Both the position numbers and the translations under genes were made by a program. Of a stretch of DNA of 11,084 nucleotides, positions 1 through 8,262 are shown piece by piece. Source of the stretch: a virus (taxonomy: Duplodnaviria; Heunggongvirae; Uroviricota; Caudoviricetes); IMG/VR virus record IMGVR_UViG_2537562173_000005; one strand, 5' to 3'. The notes below the pieces were generated by a model, which saw nothing but the letters and a program-made list of their open reading frames with translations, was not told where the DNA came from and made no database searches. Positions within the stretch are counted from its first letter, which is position 1. Every line of letters begins with the position of its first letter.

Positions 1-369
1 CTTATTAATATTCTGGATAAGTTCTCCACCTGGTATGACACGAATAGCGTGACGCTGGGCGGTGTCAAAATTCCGCACCTTTTCCCCGGTGATGATCTGA
101 AACTTCAGACCGCGCAGGATTCAGACAATGGATTTTCGGCGCTTGAACAGGCGCTGCTGCGGTATATCGCCGCCGGCCNNNNNTCTGAGCCGGGTTCGTA
201 AGCTGTGCTGACTGCGGGATCAGGTAAGGCCGAACCGGTCTCTGCATCCACAACCGCCCTGTTTGAACATTTCATGGCGAATCATTCACCGGCAGCGGTG
301 CGGGGTGGCGTGTCACAGACGTCAGCAGACGGTGATGCGGACGTGAAAATGCTCATGGCCATGTCATGA
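1..369 (+). CDS. 3' end of an upstream head gene, probably the scaffold/prohead protease (lambda C/Nu3 position); interrupted by an N gap at 179-183
   Basis: Frame 1 is open from 1 to the N run, and frame 1 is open again from 202 to the TGA at 367-369, 36 nt upstream of the D start. Position immediately before D matches lambda Nu3/C. Frame continuity across the gap is unknown and I see no clear sequence match. Confidence 0.3.
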
Positions 370-405
370 AGTCAGTGCTGACCATCAATATGAGGTTTTA
401 ACAAA

Positions 406-753
406 ATGGTGACGAAAACCATCACTGAACAGCGTGCGGAAGTACGTATTTTTGCCGGTAATGATCCGGCTCATACCGCCACAGGCAGCAGCGGGATTTC
501 TTCTGCAACACCGGCTCTGACGCCCCTGATGCTGGATGAAGCCACCGGGAAACTGGTGGTCTGGGATGGACAGAAAGCCGGTAGTGCGGTTGGCATACTG
601 GTACTGCCGCTTGAAGGCACAGAGACGGCGCTGACGTATTACAAGTCGGGGACCTTTGCGACGGAGGCAATCCGCTGGCCTGACAGTGTGGATGAACACA
701 AAAAGGCAAATGCCTTTGCCGGCACAGCCCTGAGTCACGCGGCGCTGCCGTAA
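406..753 (+). CDS. D: head decoration protein (lambda gpD family)
   Basis: 115-aa ORF with a GAGG ribosome-binding site about 10 nt upstream. Shares motifs with lambda gpD (DPAHTAT, TPLMLD, KLV.WDG, AVGIL, YKSGTF, AFAGTA) but is clearly diverged. Confidence 0.9.
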   Translation: MVTKTITEQRAEVRIFAGNDPAHTATGSSGISSATPALTPLMLDEATGKLVVWDGQKAGSAVGILVLPLEGTETALTYYKSGTFATEAIRWPDSVDEHKKANAFAGTALSHAALP

Positions 754-810
754 CACGTTATCAGGCCACCATGGTGACCTGACTGATTTCTGAATGAAAG
801 GAACTGATTT

Positions 811-1482
811 ATGGGATTGTTTACGACCCGCCAGTTACTCGGTTATACCGAACAAAAAGTGAAATTCCGTGCGCTGTTTCTGGAGCTGTTTTTCCGCCGT
901 ACGGTGAATTTCCACACCGAAGAGGTGATGCTGGACAAAATTACCGGAAAAACGCCGGTGGCGGCCTATGTCTCCCCGGTTGTTGAAGGAAAAGTGCTTC
1001 GCCATCGCGGTGGTGAAACCCGCGTGTTACGTCCGGGCTACGTCAAGCCGAAACACGAATTTAATTACCAGCAGGCGGTTGAGCGCCTTCCTGGTGAAGA
1101 TCCGGCTCAGCTGAACGACCCGGCCTACCGTCGTCTGCGTATCATTACCGATAACCTCAAACAGGAAGAGCACGCCATTGTCCAGGTGGAAGAAATGCAG
1201 GCGGTGAATGCCGTGCTGTATGGCAAATACACCATGGAAGGGGAGCAGTTTGATACTGTCGAGGTGGATTTCGGGCGCTCTGAAGGAAATAACATTGAGC
1301 AGGCTGACGGTAAAAAATGGTCTGAGCAGGACCGTGATACGTTTGATCCGACGCATGATATTGACCTCTACTGCGATCAGGCCAGCGGCCTTGTGAATAT
1401 CGCCATTATGGACGGTACGGTCTGGCGTCTGCTGAATGGCTATGTCGGGGAGTGCTGCGGATATTGCTCAACGTGTGTCTGA
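811..1482 (+). pseudogene. E: major capsid protein (lambda gpE family), C-terminally truncated
   Basis: The first ~210 aa align with lambda gpE (QLL...FLRLFFR, YVSP, PGYVKPKHE, DPAYRR.RII, IAQVEEMQAV.AVL.GKYTM.GE.FD.VEVD.GRSE.NNI, VNI). Homology then stops and the ORF ends after 13 unrelated residues; lambda gpE is 341 aa. Confidence 0.8.
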
Positions 1483-1756
1483 GTGGGAAGAGGAGCTTGC
1501 TGTTTCCCCGGAGGGCATTATGCACTCTGATGAGAGCGGGGCTGATCAAAATCACACAGACGATGGTGAGCAGTTGAACAACACGGATGCTCCGGATGAT
1601 GTTAAAGCCGTCCGGGTACGGAAGTGCCTGCAAGTAATGGGGTATTGCCCGGAGACAGGTCGTCCCGTTGAGCTGGCGTTACGGGGTATGCGTGTTCTGG
1701 TGCCATCATCACTGGCAACGGCCATGATACAGCACGGAACGGCTGAATATGCGTGA
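1436..1756 (+). CDS. FI: FI-like head protein (DNA packaging / head-tail joining accessory), apparently missing its N-terminus
   Basis: Acidic 106-aa ORF between E and FII, the FI position; the segment RVSEWEEEL resembles lambda gpFI RVAELKEEL. Its stop (1754-1756) overlaps the FII start. About 25 N-terminal residues seem to be absent and the start codon lies in the E/FI junction. Confidence 0.55.
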   Translation: MAMSGSAADIAQRVSEWEEELAVSPEGIMHSDESGADQNHTDDGEQLNNTDAPDDVKAVRVRKCLQVMGYCPETGRPVELALRGMRVLVPSSLATAMIQHGTAEYA

Positions 1757-2102
1757 TTTTCAGAATGCCTTTGATGCTGCCCTCGCCGGGGTAGACAGTA
1801 CGATCGTTGAAGTGATGGGGCTCTGTGCGCAGTTCACCTCGGGGGCACAGTGTGGCAGCGAAGTTCAGGGGGTTTTTGATGATCCGGAGTCGCTGGGGTT
1901 TGCCGGTGGCGGGGTCCGTATTGAAGGAAGCAGCCCGTCATTATTTGTGCGGACGGATACGGTTCGTGCCGTGCGGCGTGGTGACACGCTGACCATTAAT
2001 GGTGAGATATTCTGGGTGGATCGTGTTTCTCCGGATGACGGGGGCAGCTGTTATCTCTGGCTCAACCGTGGTCAACCACCCGCAGTTAACCGGCGACGAT
2101 AA
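1749..2102 (+). CDS. FII: head-tail connector protein (lambda gpFII family)
   Basis: 117 aa, same length as lambda gpFII, with conserved motifs (GVFDDPE, GVR.EGSSPSLFVRTD, RRGDTLTI, FWVDRVSPDDGGSC.LWL.RG.PPAVNRRR). Confidence 0.9.
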   Translation: MRDFQNAFDAALAGVDSTIVEVMGLCAQFTSGAQCGSEVQGVFDDPESLGFAGGGVRIEGSSPSLFVRTDTVRAVRRGDTLTINGEIFWVDRVSPDDGGSCYLWLNRGQPPAVNRRR

Positions 2103-2117
2103 ACGCAGGGTGAAATT

Positions 2118-2651
2118 ATGGCGATAAAAGGGCTTGATCAGGCGATTGACAATCTGAGCCGGGTTCGTAAAAACGCCATTCCGGCGGCTTCAGCAATGGC
2201 CATTAACCGCGTGGCCACAACGGCGATTAATCAGTCTTCATCACAGGTTGCCCGGGAGACAAAGGTTCGCCGGAAACTGGTTAAGGAACGGTCCAGACTG
2301 AAACGGGCGACGGTCAGAAATCCGAATGCCAGAATTATCGTTAACCGCGGTGATCTCCCTGTGATTAAGCTGGGGATCAGGATGCTGGGGCGTCGCCCGA
2401 ACAGCATACTTAAAGCCGGTCAGCATCGGTATCAGCGGGCATTTATTCAGAGATTAAAAAATGGTCGCTGGCATGTCATGCAGCGTGTGGCCGGGAAAAA
2501 CCGTTACCCCATTGATGTGGTGAAAATCCCGATGGCGGCCCCACTGAAACAGGCATTTGATGAGAATGTTGACCGTATCCGGCGTGAACGCCTGCCTAAA
2601 GAACTGGCATACGCGCTGAAACAACAACTGAGGATTGCAATAAAACGATGA
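2118..2651 (+). CDS. Z: tail completion protein (lambda gpZ family)
   Basis: 177 aa; MAIKGL...AMAINRVA...SQVARETKVRRKLVKER.RLKRATV...NRGDLPVIKLG...FIQ.LKNGRWHVMQRVAGKNRYPIDVVKIPMA closely matches lambda gpZ. Confidence 0.9.
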   Translation: MAIKGLDQAIDNLSRVRKNAIPAASAMAINRVATTAINQSSSQVARETKVRRKLVKERSRLKRATVRNPNARIIVNRGDLPVIKLGIRMLGRRPNSILKAGQHRYQRAFIQRLKNGRWHVMQRVAGKNRYPIDVVKIPMAAPLKQAFDENVDRIRRERLPKELAYALKQQLRIAIKR

Positions 2652-3043
2652 AACACACTGACATTCGTGCCGCAGTGCTGGATGCACTCGAGCAGCATGA
2701 ACACGGGGCGACGCTGTTTGATGGTCGCCCCGTTGTTTTTGACGAAGAGGATTTTCCTGCGATCGCGGTTTATCTGACGGATGCAGAGTATACCGGTGAA
2801 GAGCTGGATGCAGATACCTGGCGGGCCACGCTGCATATTGAGGTGTTTTTACCGGCACAGGTACCGGATTCAGAGCTTGATCAGTGGATGGAAAGCCGGA
2901 TTTACCCGGCGATGACCGCGATCCCGGCACTGGCAGGACTGATTACCACGATGGTTACGCAGGGCTATGAGTATCGTCGTGATGACGATATGGCGTTATG
3001 GAGTTCTGCAGATCTGACTTATTCCATTACATACGAGATGTGA
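2648..3043 (+). CDS. U: tail terminator protein (lambda gpU family)
   Basis: 131 aa, same length as lambda gpU and near-identical along its length ([13 protein letters not shown]...[24 protein letters not shown]...[19 protein letters not shown]). ATGA overlap with the Z stop. Confidence 0.92.
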   Translation: MKHTDIRAAVLDALEQHEHGATLFDGRPVVFDEEDFPAIAVYLTDAEYTGEELDADTWRATLHIEVFLPAQVPDSELDQWMESRIYPAMTAIPALAGLITTMVTQGYEYRRDDDMALWSSADLTYSITYEM

Positions 3044-3050
3044 GGACGAT

Positions 3051-3803
3051 ATGGCAACACCAAATCCCCTTGAGCCGGTAAAAGGTGCCGGTACCACTCT
3101 GTGGGTTTACAACGGCAAGGGTGATGCTTATGCAAACCCGTTGTCAGACGATGACTGGCAGCGACTGGCTAAGGTGAAGGATCTGACGCCGGGCGAGATG
3201 ACGGCAGAATCCTACGATGATAACTACCTGGATGATGAAGACGCGGACTGGACCGCGACCGGGCAGGGGCAGAAATCTGCAGGTGATACCAGTTTTACGC
3301 TGGCCTGGAAACCGGGAGAGGAAGGCCAGAAAGGGCTTATAGGCTGGTTTGAAAGCGGCGATGTCCGGGCCTATAAAATCCGTTTTCCGAATGGCACGGT
3401 GGATGTGTTTCGTGGCTGGGTCAGCAGTATCGGTAAGGCCGTGACGGCGAAAGAAGTGATCACCCGCACGGTGAAAGTCACTAACGTGGGTAAACCTTCT
3501 GTAGCGGAAGAACGCAGCAAAATTACGCCGGTCAGTGCGATTAAGGTGACGCCGACATCCGGTACGGTGGCAAAAGGGAAAACAACCACCCTGACGGTTT
3601 CTTTTGAGCCGGAAAGTGCAACCGACAAGACGTTCAGAGCGGTTCCCGCCGATCCGTCGAAAGCCACCATTAGTGTGAAAGATATGACAATTACGGTAAA
3701 CGGCGTGGCGACAGGTAAGGTGCAGATCCCTGTGGTGAGCGGAAATGGTCAGTTCGCCGCAGTGGCTGAAGTCACCGTTACTGAAGCGGGCGCTGCAGGG
3801 TAA
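3051..3803 (+). CDS. V: major tail tube protein with C-terminal Ig-like domain (lambda gpV family)
   Basis: 250 aa; [70 protein letters not shown] and [42 protein letters not shown] match lambda gpV. GGAGG-like ribosome-binding site upstream. Confidence 0.95.
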   Translation: MATPNPLEPVKGAGTTLWVYNGKGDAYANPLSDDDWQRLAKVKDLTPGEMTAESYDDNYLDDEDADWTATGQGQKSAGDTSFTLAWKPGEEGQKGLIGWFESGDVRAYKIRFPNGTVDVFRGWVSSIGKAVTAKEVITRTVKVTNVGKPSVAEERSKITPVSAIKVTPTSGTVAKGKTTTLTVSFEPESATDKTFRAVPADPSKATISVKDMTITVNGVATGKVQIPVVSGNGQFAAVAEVTVTEAGAAG

Positions 3804-3816
3804 ACGGAGGTAATAC

Positions 3817-4248
3817 ATGTTTCTGAAAACAGAACAATTTGAATATAACGGTGTGTCTGTCACGCTTTCCGAATTGTCTGCGCTGCAGCGTATCGAGCAT
3901 CTTGCCCTCCTGAAACGGCGTGCAGAACAGGCAGAATCCTGCGGCAACCTGCAGGTAAGCGTGGAAGATCTCGTCAGAACCGGCGCGTTTCTGGTGGCGA
4001 TGTCCCTGTGGCATAACCATCCACAGAAAACGCAGTCACCGTCAATGAATGAGGCCGTGATGAAGATAGAGCAGGAAGTGCTCACCACCTGGCCTGCCGA
4101 TGCCATTGCCCGGGCGGAAGACGTGGTGTTGTGCCTGTCCGGGATGATCGAAGCTGTTCGTCCGGATACTGATATTACTGAAGTGGCGAAAAATAACACG
4201 CTGACTGATGATGATTTTTCTGCGGGAAAGTCTTCGACGGCGAGCTGA
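3817..4248 (+). CDS. G: tail assembly chaperone G (zero-frame product)
   Basis: 143 aa; MFLKTE.FE.NGV.VTLSELSALQRIEHLAL.KR.AEQAES and TGAFLVAMSLWHNHPQKTQ.PSMNEAV..IEQEVLTTWP match lambda gpG. GGAGG ribosome-binding site at 3806-3810. Confidence 0.9.
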   Translation: MFLKTEQFEYNGVSVTLSELSALQRIEHLALLKRRAEQAESCGNLQVSVEDLVRTGAFLVAMSLWHNHPQKTQSPSMNEAVMKIEQEVLTTWPADAIARAEDVVLCLSGMIEAVRPDTDITEVAKNNTLTDDDFSAGKSSTAS

Positions 4249-4688
4249 ACTTTGCCCTCAGACTGGCGCGTGAGATGGGGAGACCCGACTGGCGCGCCAT
4301 GCTTGCCGGGATGACATCCACCGAATATGCCGACTGGCACCGTTTTTACCGCACGCATTATTTTCAGGATACCCAGCTGGATATGCATTTTTCCGGGCTG
4401 ACGTACGCTGTACTCAGCCTGTTTTTTTGCGATCCGGATATGCATCCCTCTGATTTCAGTCTGCTTGTCCCCCGGCATGAGGAAGAGCAGGTGGAGAGGC
4501 CGGATGAGGACAAAATGCTGATGCAGAAAGCGGCAGGACTTGCCGGAGGCGTCCGGTTCGGTGGGGACGGAGGGCGCGATATTTTATCGTCTGCGGATGT
4601 GGCGGATGTCATGGTGGATGATGCCGCATTAATGATGGCTTCAGCGGGGATTCCGGGAGGTGTGAGATATGTCCCAGCCGGTTGGTGA
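3817..4688 (+). CDS. T: tail assembly chaperone G-T fusion made by programmed -1 ribosomal frameshift at 4224-4230
   Basis: After the slippery heptamer the -1 frame reads GKVFDGELNFALRLAREMGRPDWRAMLAGM...GVRYVPAGW, matching lambda gpT (VFDGEL.FAL.LAREMGRPDWRAMLAGM.STEYADWHRFY). The T frame has no start codon or ribosome-binding site of its own until 4275. Confidence 0.8.
4224..4230 (+). other. programmed -1 frameshift slippery heptamer G GGA AAG (G to T frame)
   Basis: GGGAAAG sits near the 3' end of G, with GGA and AAG as zero-frame codons. This is the same heptamer and the same relative position as the known lambda G-T frameshift site. Confidence 0.75.
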
Positions 4689-6828
4689 TCTTGTTATTGA
4701 CCTGAGTCTGGATGCTGTCCGTTTCGATGAGCAGATGAGCCGGGTAAGGCGTCATTTTTCAGGTCTGGATACCGACGCCAGAAAAACCGCCAGTGCTGTT
4801 GAACAGGGCCTGAGCCGCCAGGCGCTGGCTGCACAAAAAGCCGGGATTTCCGTCGGGCAGTATAAAGCGGCCATGCGAACCCTGCCCGCACAGTTTACGG
4901 ATATCGCCACGCAGCTTGCCGGTGGTCAGAATCCCTGGTTGATCCTGCTGCAACAGGGCGGTCAGGTGAAGGACTCCTTCGGCGGGATGATCCCCATGTT
5001 CAGGGGGCTTGCCGGTGCGATCACCCTGCCGATGGTCGGGGTCACCTCGCTGGCGGTGGCGACAGGTGCGCTGGCGTACGCCTGGTACCAGGGCGACGCC
5101 ACGCTTTCAGAATTTAATAAAACGCTGGTCCTTTCCGGCAATCAGGCCGGACTGACTGCCGATCGTATGCTGACGCTCTCAAGAGCCGGGCAGGCAGCAG
5201 GGCTGACGTTTAACCAGGCGAGAGAGTCACTGGCAGCCCTGGTGAATGCCGGTGTGCGTGGTGGTGAACAGTTTGATGCCATCAACCAGAGTGTCGCGCG
5301 TTTTGCGTCTGCATCCGGTGTGGAGGTGGATAAAGTCGCTGAAGCCTTCGGGAAGCTGACCACTGACCCGACGTCGGGACTGATGGCGATGGCGCGCCAG
5401 TTCCGTAACGTGACGGCAGAGCAGATTGCGTATGTTGCACAGCTGCAGCGTTCCGGAGACGAGGCCGGGGCATTGCAGGCGGCGAACGATATCGCCACGA
5501 AAGGCTTTGATGAGCAGACCCGTCGCCTGAAAGAAAACATGGGAACACTGGAGACCTGGGCGGATAAAACAGGGAAGGCATTCAAATCGATGTGGGATGC
5601 CATTCTGGATATCGGTCGTCCGGAATCCTCAGCGGATATGCTCGCCAGTGCGCAGAAGGCATTTGATGAGGCGGATAAAAAATGGCAGTGGTACCAGAGC
5701 CGGAGCCAGCGCCGGGGAAAGACCTCCTCTTTTCGTGCGAACCTTCAGGGGGCATGGGATGACCGGGAAAATGCCCGTCTGGGTCTGGCAGCGGCCACGC
5801 TGCAGTCGGATATGGAAAAAGCCGGTGAACTGGCGGCAAGGGACAGGGCTGAGCGTGAGTCGTCACAGCTGAAGTATACCGGAGAGGCGCAGAAGGCGTA
5901 TGAGCGCCTGCAGACGCCGCTGGATAAATATACCGCCCGTCAGAAAGAGCTGAATAAGGCCCTGAAAGACGGAAAAATCCTGCAGGCGGATTACAACACG
6001 CTGATGGCGTCGGCAAAAAAGGATTATGAATCGACGCTGAAAAAGCCGTCAGGTGTGAAGGTGTCTGCCGGTGAGCGCCAGGAAGACCGGGCGCATGCAG
6101 CCCTGCTGGCGCTTGAAACCGAGCTCAGGACGCTGGAAAAACACAGCGGTATGAATGAGAAAATCAGCCAGCAGCGCCGGGATTTATGGGAATCTGAAAG
6201 TCAGTATGTGGTCCTGAAAGAGGCCGCCACGAAACGGCAGTTATCTGAGCAGGAAAAATCCCTGCTGGCTCATGAGAAAGAGACGCTGGAGTACAAACGC
6301 CAGCTGGCTGAGCTGGGAGACAAGATTGAACACCAGAAGCGGCTGAATGAGCTGGCACAGCAGGCGGCGCGGTTTGAACAGCAGCAAAGCGCGAAGCAGG
6401 CGGCAATCAGCGCAAAAGCCCGCGGCCTCACCGACCGTCAGGCGCAGCGGGAGTCGGAAGAGCAGCGCCTTCGTGAGGTGTACGGTGATAATCCGGCTGC
6501 GCTGGCGAAGGCCACATCGGCACTGAAGAACACCTGGTCTGCGGAGGAGCAGCTTCGTGGAAGCTGGATGGCCGGGATGAAGTCCGGCTGGGGAGAGTGG
6601 GCGGAAAGTGCGACGGACAGTTTTTCGCAGGTTAAAAGTGTGGCCACGCAGACCTTTGACGGTATTGCACAGAATATGGCGGCGATGCTGACCGGCAGCG
6701 AACAGAACTGGCGGGGATTCACCCGTTCCGTGCTGTCCATGATGACAGAAATTCTGCTTAAGCAGGCAATGGTGGGGATTGTCGGGAGTATCGGCAGCGC
6801 CATTGGCGGGGGGGGCGCCTCCGCCTGA
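4669..6828 (+). CDS. H: tail tape measure protein (lambda gpH family), N-terminal 719 aa; reading frame ends prematurely at a G homopolymer
   Basis: Long Ala/Gln/Glu-rich ORF; N-terminus PVGDLV.DLSLDA.RFDEQM.RVRRHFSG and many internal blocks match lambda gpH. It ends ...IGSAIGGGGASA* at TGA 6826-6828, directly after a G8 run. Confidence 0.9.
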   Translation: MSQPVGDLVIDLSLDAVRFDEQMSRVRRHFSGLDTDARKTASAVEQGLSRQALAAQKAGISVGQYKAAMRTLPAQFTDIATQLAGGQNPWLILLQQGGQVKDSFGGMIPMFRGLAGAITLPMVGVTSLAVATGALAYAWYQGDATLSEFNKTLVLSGNQAGLTADRMLTLSRAGQAAGLTFNQARESLAALVNAGVRGGEQFDAINQSVARFASASGVEVDKVAEAFGKLTTDPTSGLMAMARQFRNVTAEQIAYVAQLQRSGDEAGALQAANDIATKGFDEQTRRLKENMGTLETWADKTGKAFKSMWDAILDIGRPESSADMLASAQKAFDEADKKWQWYQSRSQRRGKTSSFRANLQGAWDDRENARLGLAAATLQSDMEKAGELAARDRAERESSQLKYTGEAQKAYERLQTPLDKYTARQKELNKALKDGKILQADYNTLMASAKKDYESTLKKPSGVKVSAGERQEDRAHAALLALETELRTLEKHSGMNEKISQQRRDLWESESQYVVLKEAATKRQLSEQEKSLLAHEKETLEYKRQLAELGDKIEHQKRLNELAQQAARFEQQQSAKQAAISAKARGLTDRQAQRESEEQRLREVYGDNPAALAKATSALKNTWSAEEQLRGSWMAGMKSGWGEWAESATDSFSQVKSVATQTFDGIAQNMAAMLTGSEQNWRGFTRSVLSMMTEILLKQAMVGIVGSIGSAIGGGGASA

Positions 6829-7234
6829 GGGGGGTACAGCCATTCAGGCCGCCGCGGCGAAATTCCATTTTGCAACCGGAGGATTTACGGGAACCGGCGG
6901 CAAATATGAGCCAGCGGGGATTGTTCACCGTGGTGAATTTGTCTTCACAAAGGAGGCAACCAGCCGGATTGGCGTGGGGAATCTCTATCGGCTGATGCGC
7001 GGCTATGCCACCGGTGGTTATGTCGGTACACCGGGCAGTCTGGCTGACAGCCGGTCGCAGGCGTCCGGGACGTTTGAGCAGAATAACCATGTGGTGATTA
7101 ACAACGACGGCACGAACGGGCAGATAGGTCCGGCTGCTCTGAAGGCGGTGTATGACATGGCCCGCAAGGGTGCCCGTGATGAAATTCAGACACAGATGCG
7201 TGATGGTGGACTGTTCTCCGGAGGTGGACGATGA
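6779..7234 (+). CDS. H: C-terminal part of tape measure protein H in the +1 frame (frameshifted continuation)
   Basis: From about 6830, frame 2 reads GGTAIQAAAAKFHFATGGFTGTGGKYEPAGIVHRGEFVFTKEATSRIGVGNLYRLMRGYATGGYVGTPGS...RDGGLFSGGGR, matching the lambda gpH C-terminus. The ATG at 6779 is probably not a real start. Confidence 0.8.
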   Translation: MSGVSAAPLAGGAPPPEGGTAIQAAAAKFHFATGGFTGTGGKYEPAGIVHRGEFVFTKEATSRIGVGNLYRLMRGYATGGYVGTPGSLADSRSQASGTFEQNNHVVINNDGTNGQIGPAALKAVYDMARKGARDEIQTQMRDGGLFSGGGR

Positions 7235-7560
7235 AAACCTTCCGCTGGAAAGTGAAACCCGGGATGGATGTGACATCGGCTCCTTCCGTCAGGGAGGTGC
7301 GCTTTGGTGATGGCTATTCCCAGCGTGCGCCTGCCGGGCTGAACGCTGACCTGAAAACGTACAGCGTGACGCTGTCTGTCTCCCGTGAGGAGGCCACGGC
7401 GCTGGAGTCGTTTCTGGCTGAGCACGGGGGCTGGAAGGCCTTTCTGTGGACGCCGCCTTATGGTTACAGGCAGATAAAGGTGACCTGCGCAAAATGGTCG
7501 TCGCAGGTCAGTATGTTGCGTGTTGGGTTCAGCGCAGAGTTTAAACAGGTGGTGAACTGA
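7231..7560 (+). CDS. M: tail tip assembly protein (lambda gpM family)
   Basis: 109 aa, same length as lambda gpM and near-identical (MKTFRWKVKPGMDV...RFGDGYSQRAPAGLNA.LKTYSVTLSV.REEAT.LESFL.EHGGWK.FLWTPPY..RQIKVTCAKWSS.VSMLRV.FSAEF.QVVN). ATGA overlap with the H stop. Confidence 0.93.
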   Translation: MKTFRWKVKPGMDVTSAPSVREVRFGDGYSQRAPAGLNADLKTYSVTLSVSREEATALESFLAEHGGWKAFLWTPPYGYRQIKVTCAKWSSQVSMLRVGFSAEFKQVVN

Positions 7561-8258
7561 TGCAGGATATCCGGCAGGAAACACTGAATGAATGCACCCG
7601 TGCGGAGCAGTCGGCCAGCGTGGTGCTCTGGGAAATCGATCTGACAGAGGTCGGTGGAGAACGTTATTTTTTCTGTAATGAGCAGAACGAAAAAGGTGAG
7701 CCGGTCACCTGGCAGGGGAGGCAGTATCAGGCGTATCCCATTCAGGGGAGCGGTTTTGAACTGAATGGCAAAGGCACCAGTACGCGGCCCACGCTGGCAG
7801 TCTCTAACCTGTACGGCATGGTCACCGGTATGGTGGAAGATATGCAGAGTCTGGTCGGCGGAACGGTGGTCCGGCGTAAGGTTTACGCCCGTTTTCTGGA
7901 TGCGGTGAACTTCGTCAACGGAAACAGAGACGCCGATCCGGAGCAGGAGGTGATCAGCCGCTGGCGCATCGAGCAGTGCAGCGAACTGAGTGCGGTCAGT
8001 GCCTCCTTTGTACTGTCCACACCGACGGAAACGGATGGTGCCGTTTTTCCGGGGCGCATCATGCTGGCTAATACCTGCACCTGGACCTATCGCGGTGATG
8101 AGTGCGGTTATCACGGTCCGGCAGTCGCGGATGAATATGACCAGCCGACGTCCGATATCACGAAGGATAAATGCAGCAAATGCCTGAGCGGCTGTAAGTT
8201 TCGCAATAACGTCGGCAACTTTGGCGGCTTCCTTTCCATTAACAAACTTTCGCAGTAA
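7560..8258 (+). CDS. L: tail tip assembly protein (lambda gpL family), cysteine cluster near C-terminus
   Basis: 232 aa, same length as lambda gpL. C-terminal region contains CTWTYRGDECGY and CSKCLSGC, consistent with the cysteine-rich metal/Fe-S site described for gpL. Start overlaps the M stop by 1 nt. Confidence 0.92.
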   Translation: MQDIRQETLNECTRAEQSASVVLWEIDLTEVGGERYFFCNEQNEKGEPVTWQGRQYQAYPIQGSGFELNGKGTSTRPTLAVSNLYGMVTGMVEDMQSLVGGTVVRRKVYARFLDAVNFVNGNRDADPEQEVISRWRIEQCSELSAVSASFVLSTPTETDGAVFPGRIMLANTCTWTYRGDECGYHGPAVADEYDQPTSDITKDKCSKCLSGCKFRNNVGNFGGFLSINKLSQ

Positions 8259-8262
8259 TCCC

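Noticed and set aside
1208-1396. 62-aa + strand ORF inside E in another frame
   Set aside because: Lies wholly inside the gpE-homologous coding region in an alternative frame; no homology or translation signals.
2454-2930. 158-aa ORF on the minus strand
   Set aside because: Antisense to Z and U, both well supported by homology.
3144-4478. 444-aa ORF on the minus strand
   Set aside because: It is antisense to V, G and the start of T, which have strong homology support. The translation is low-complexity and Arg/Cys-rich, typical of a spurious antisense frame in GC-rich coding DNA.
4669-6828. Coiled-coil and repetitive Ala/Gln/Glu-rich sequence in H considered as a possible tandem repeat or CRISPR-like array
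   Set aside because: It is protein-level low complexity typical of tape measure proteins. I saw no regular direct DNA repeats with spacers.
5582-6875. Several 140-200-aa ORFs on the minus strand (5582-6016, 6241-6843, 6438-6875)
   Set aside because: All lie inside the tape measure gene H on the opposite strand and are Pro/Arg/Ala-rich artefacts of its GC-rich repetitive coding sequence.
8221-8262. Upstream in-frame ATG at 8221 extending the K ORF (MAASFPLTNFRSNP...)
   Set aside because: The extension overlaps the 3' end of L. The conserved gpK N-terminus starts at the ATG at 8263, immediately after the L stop.
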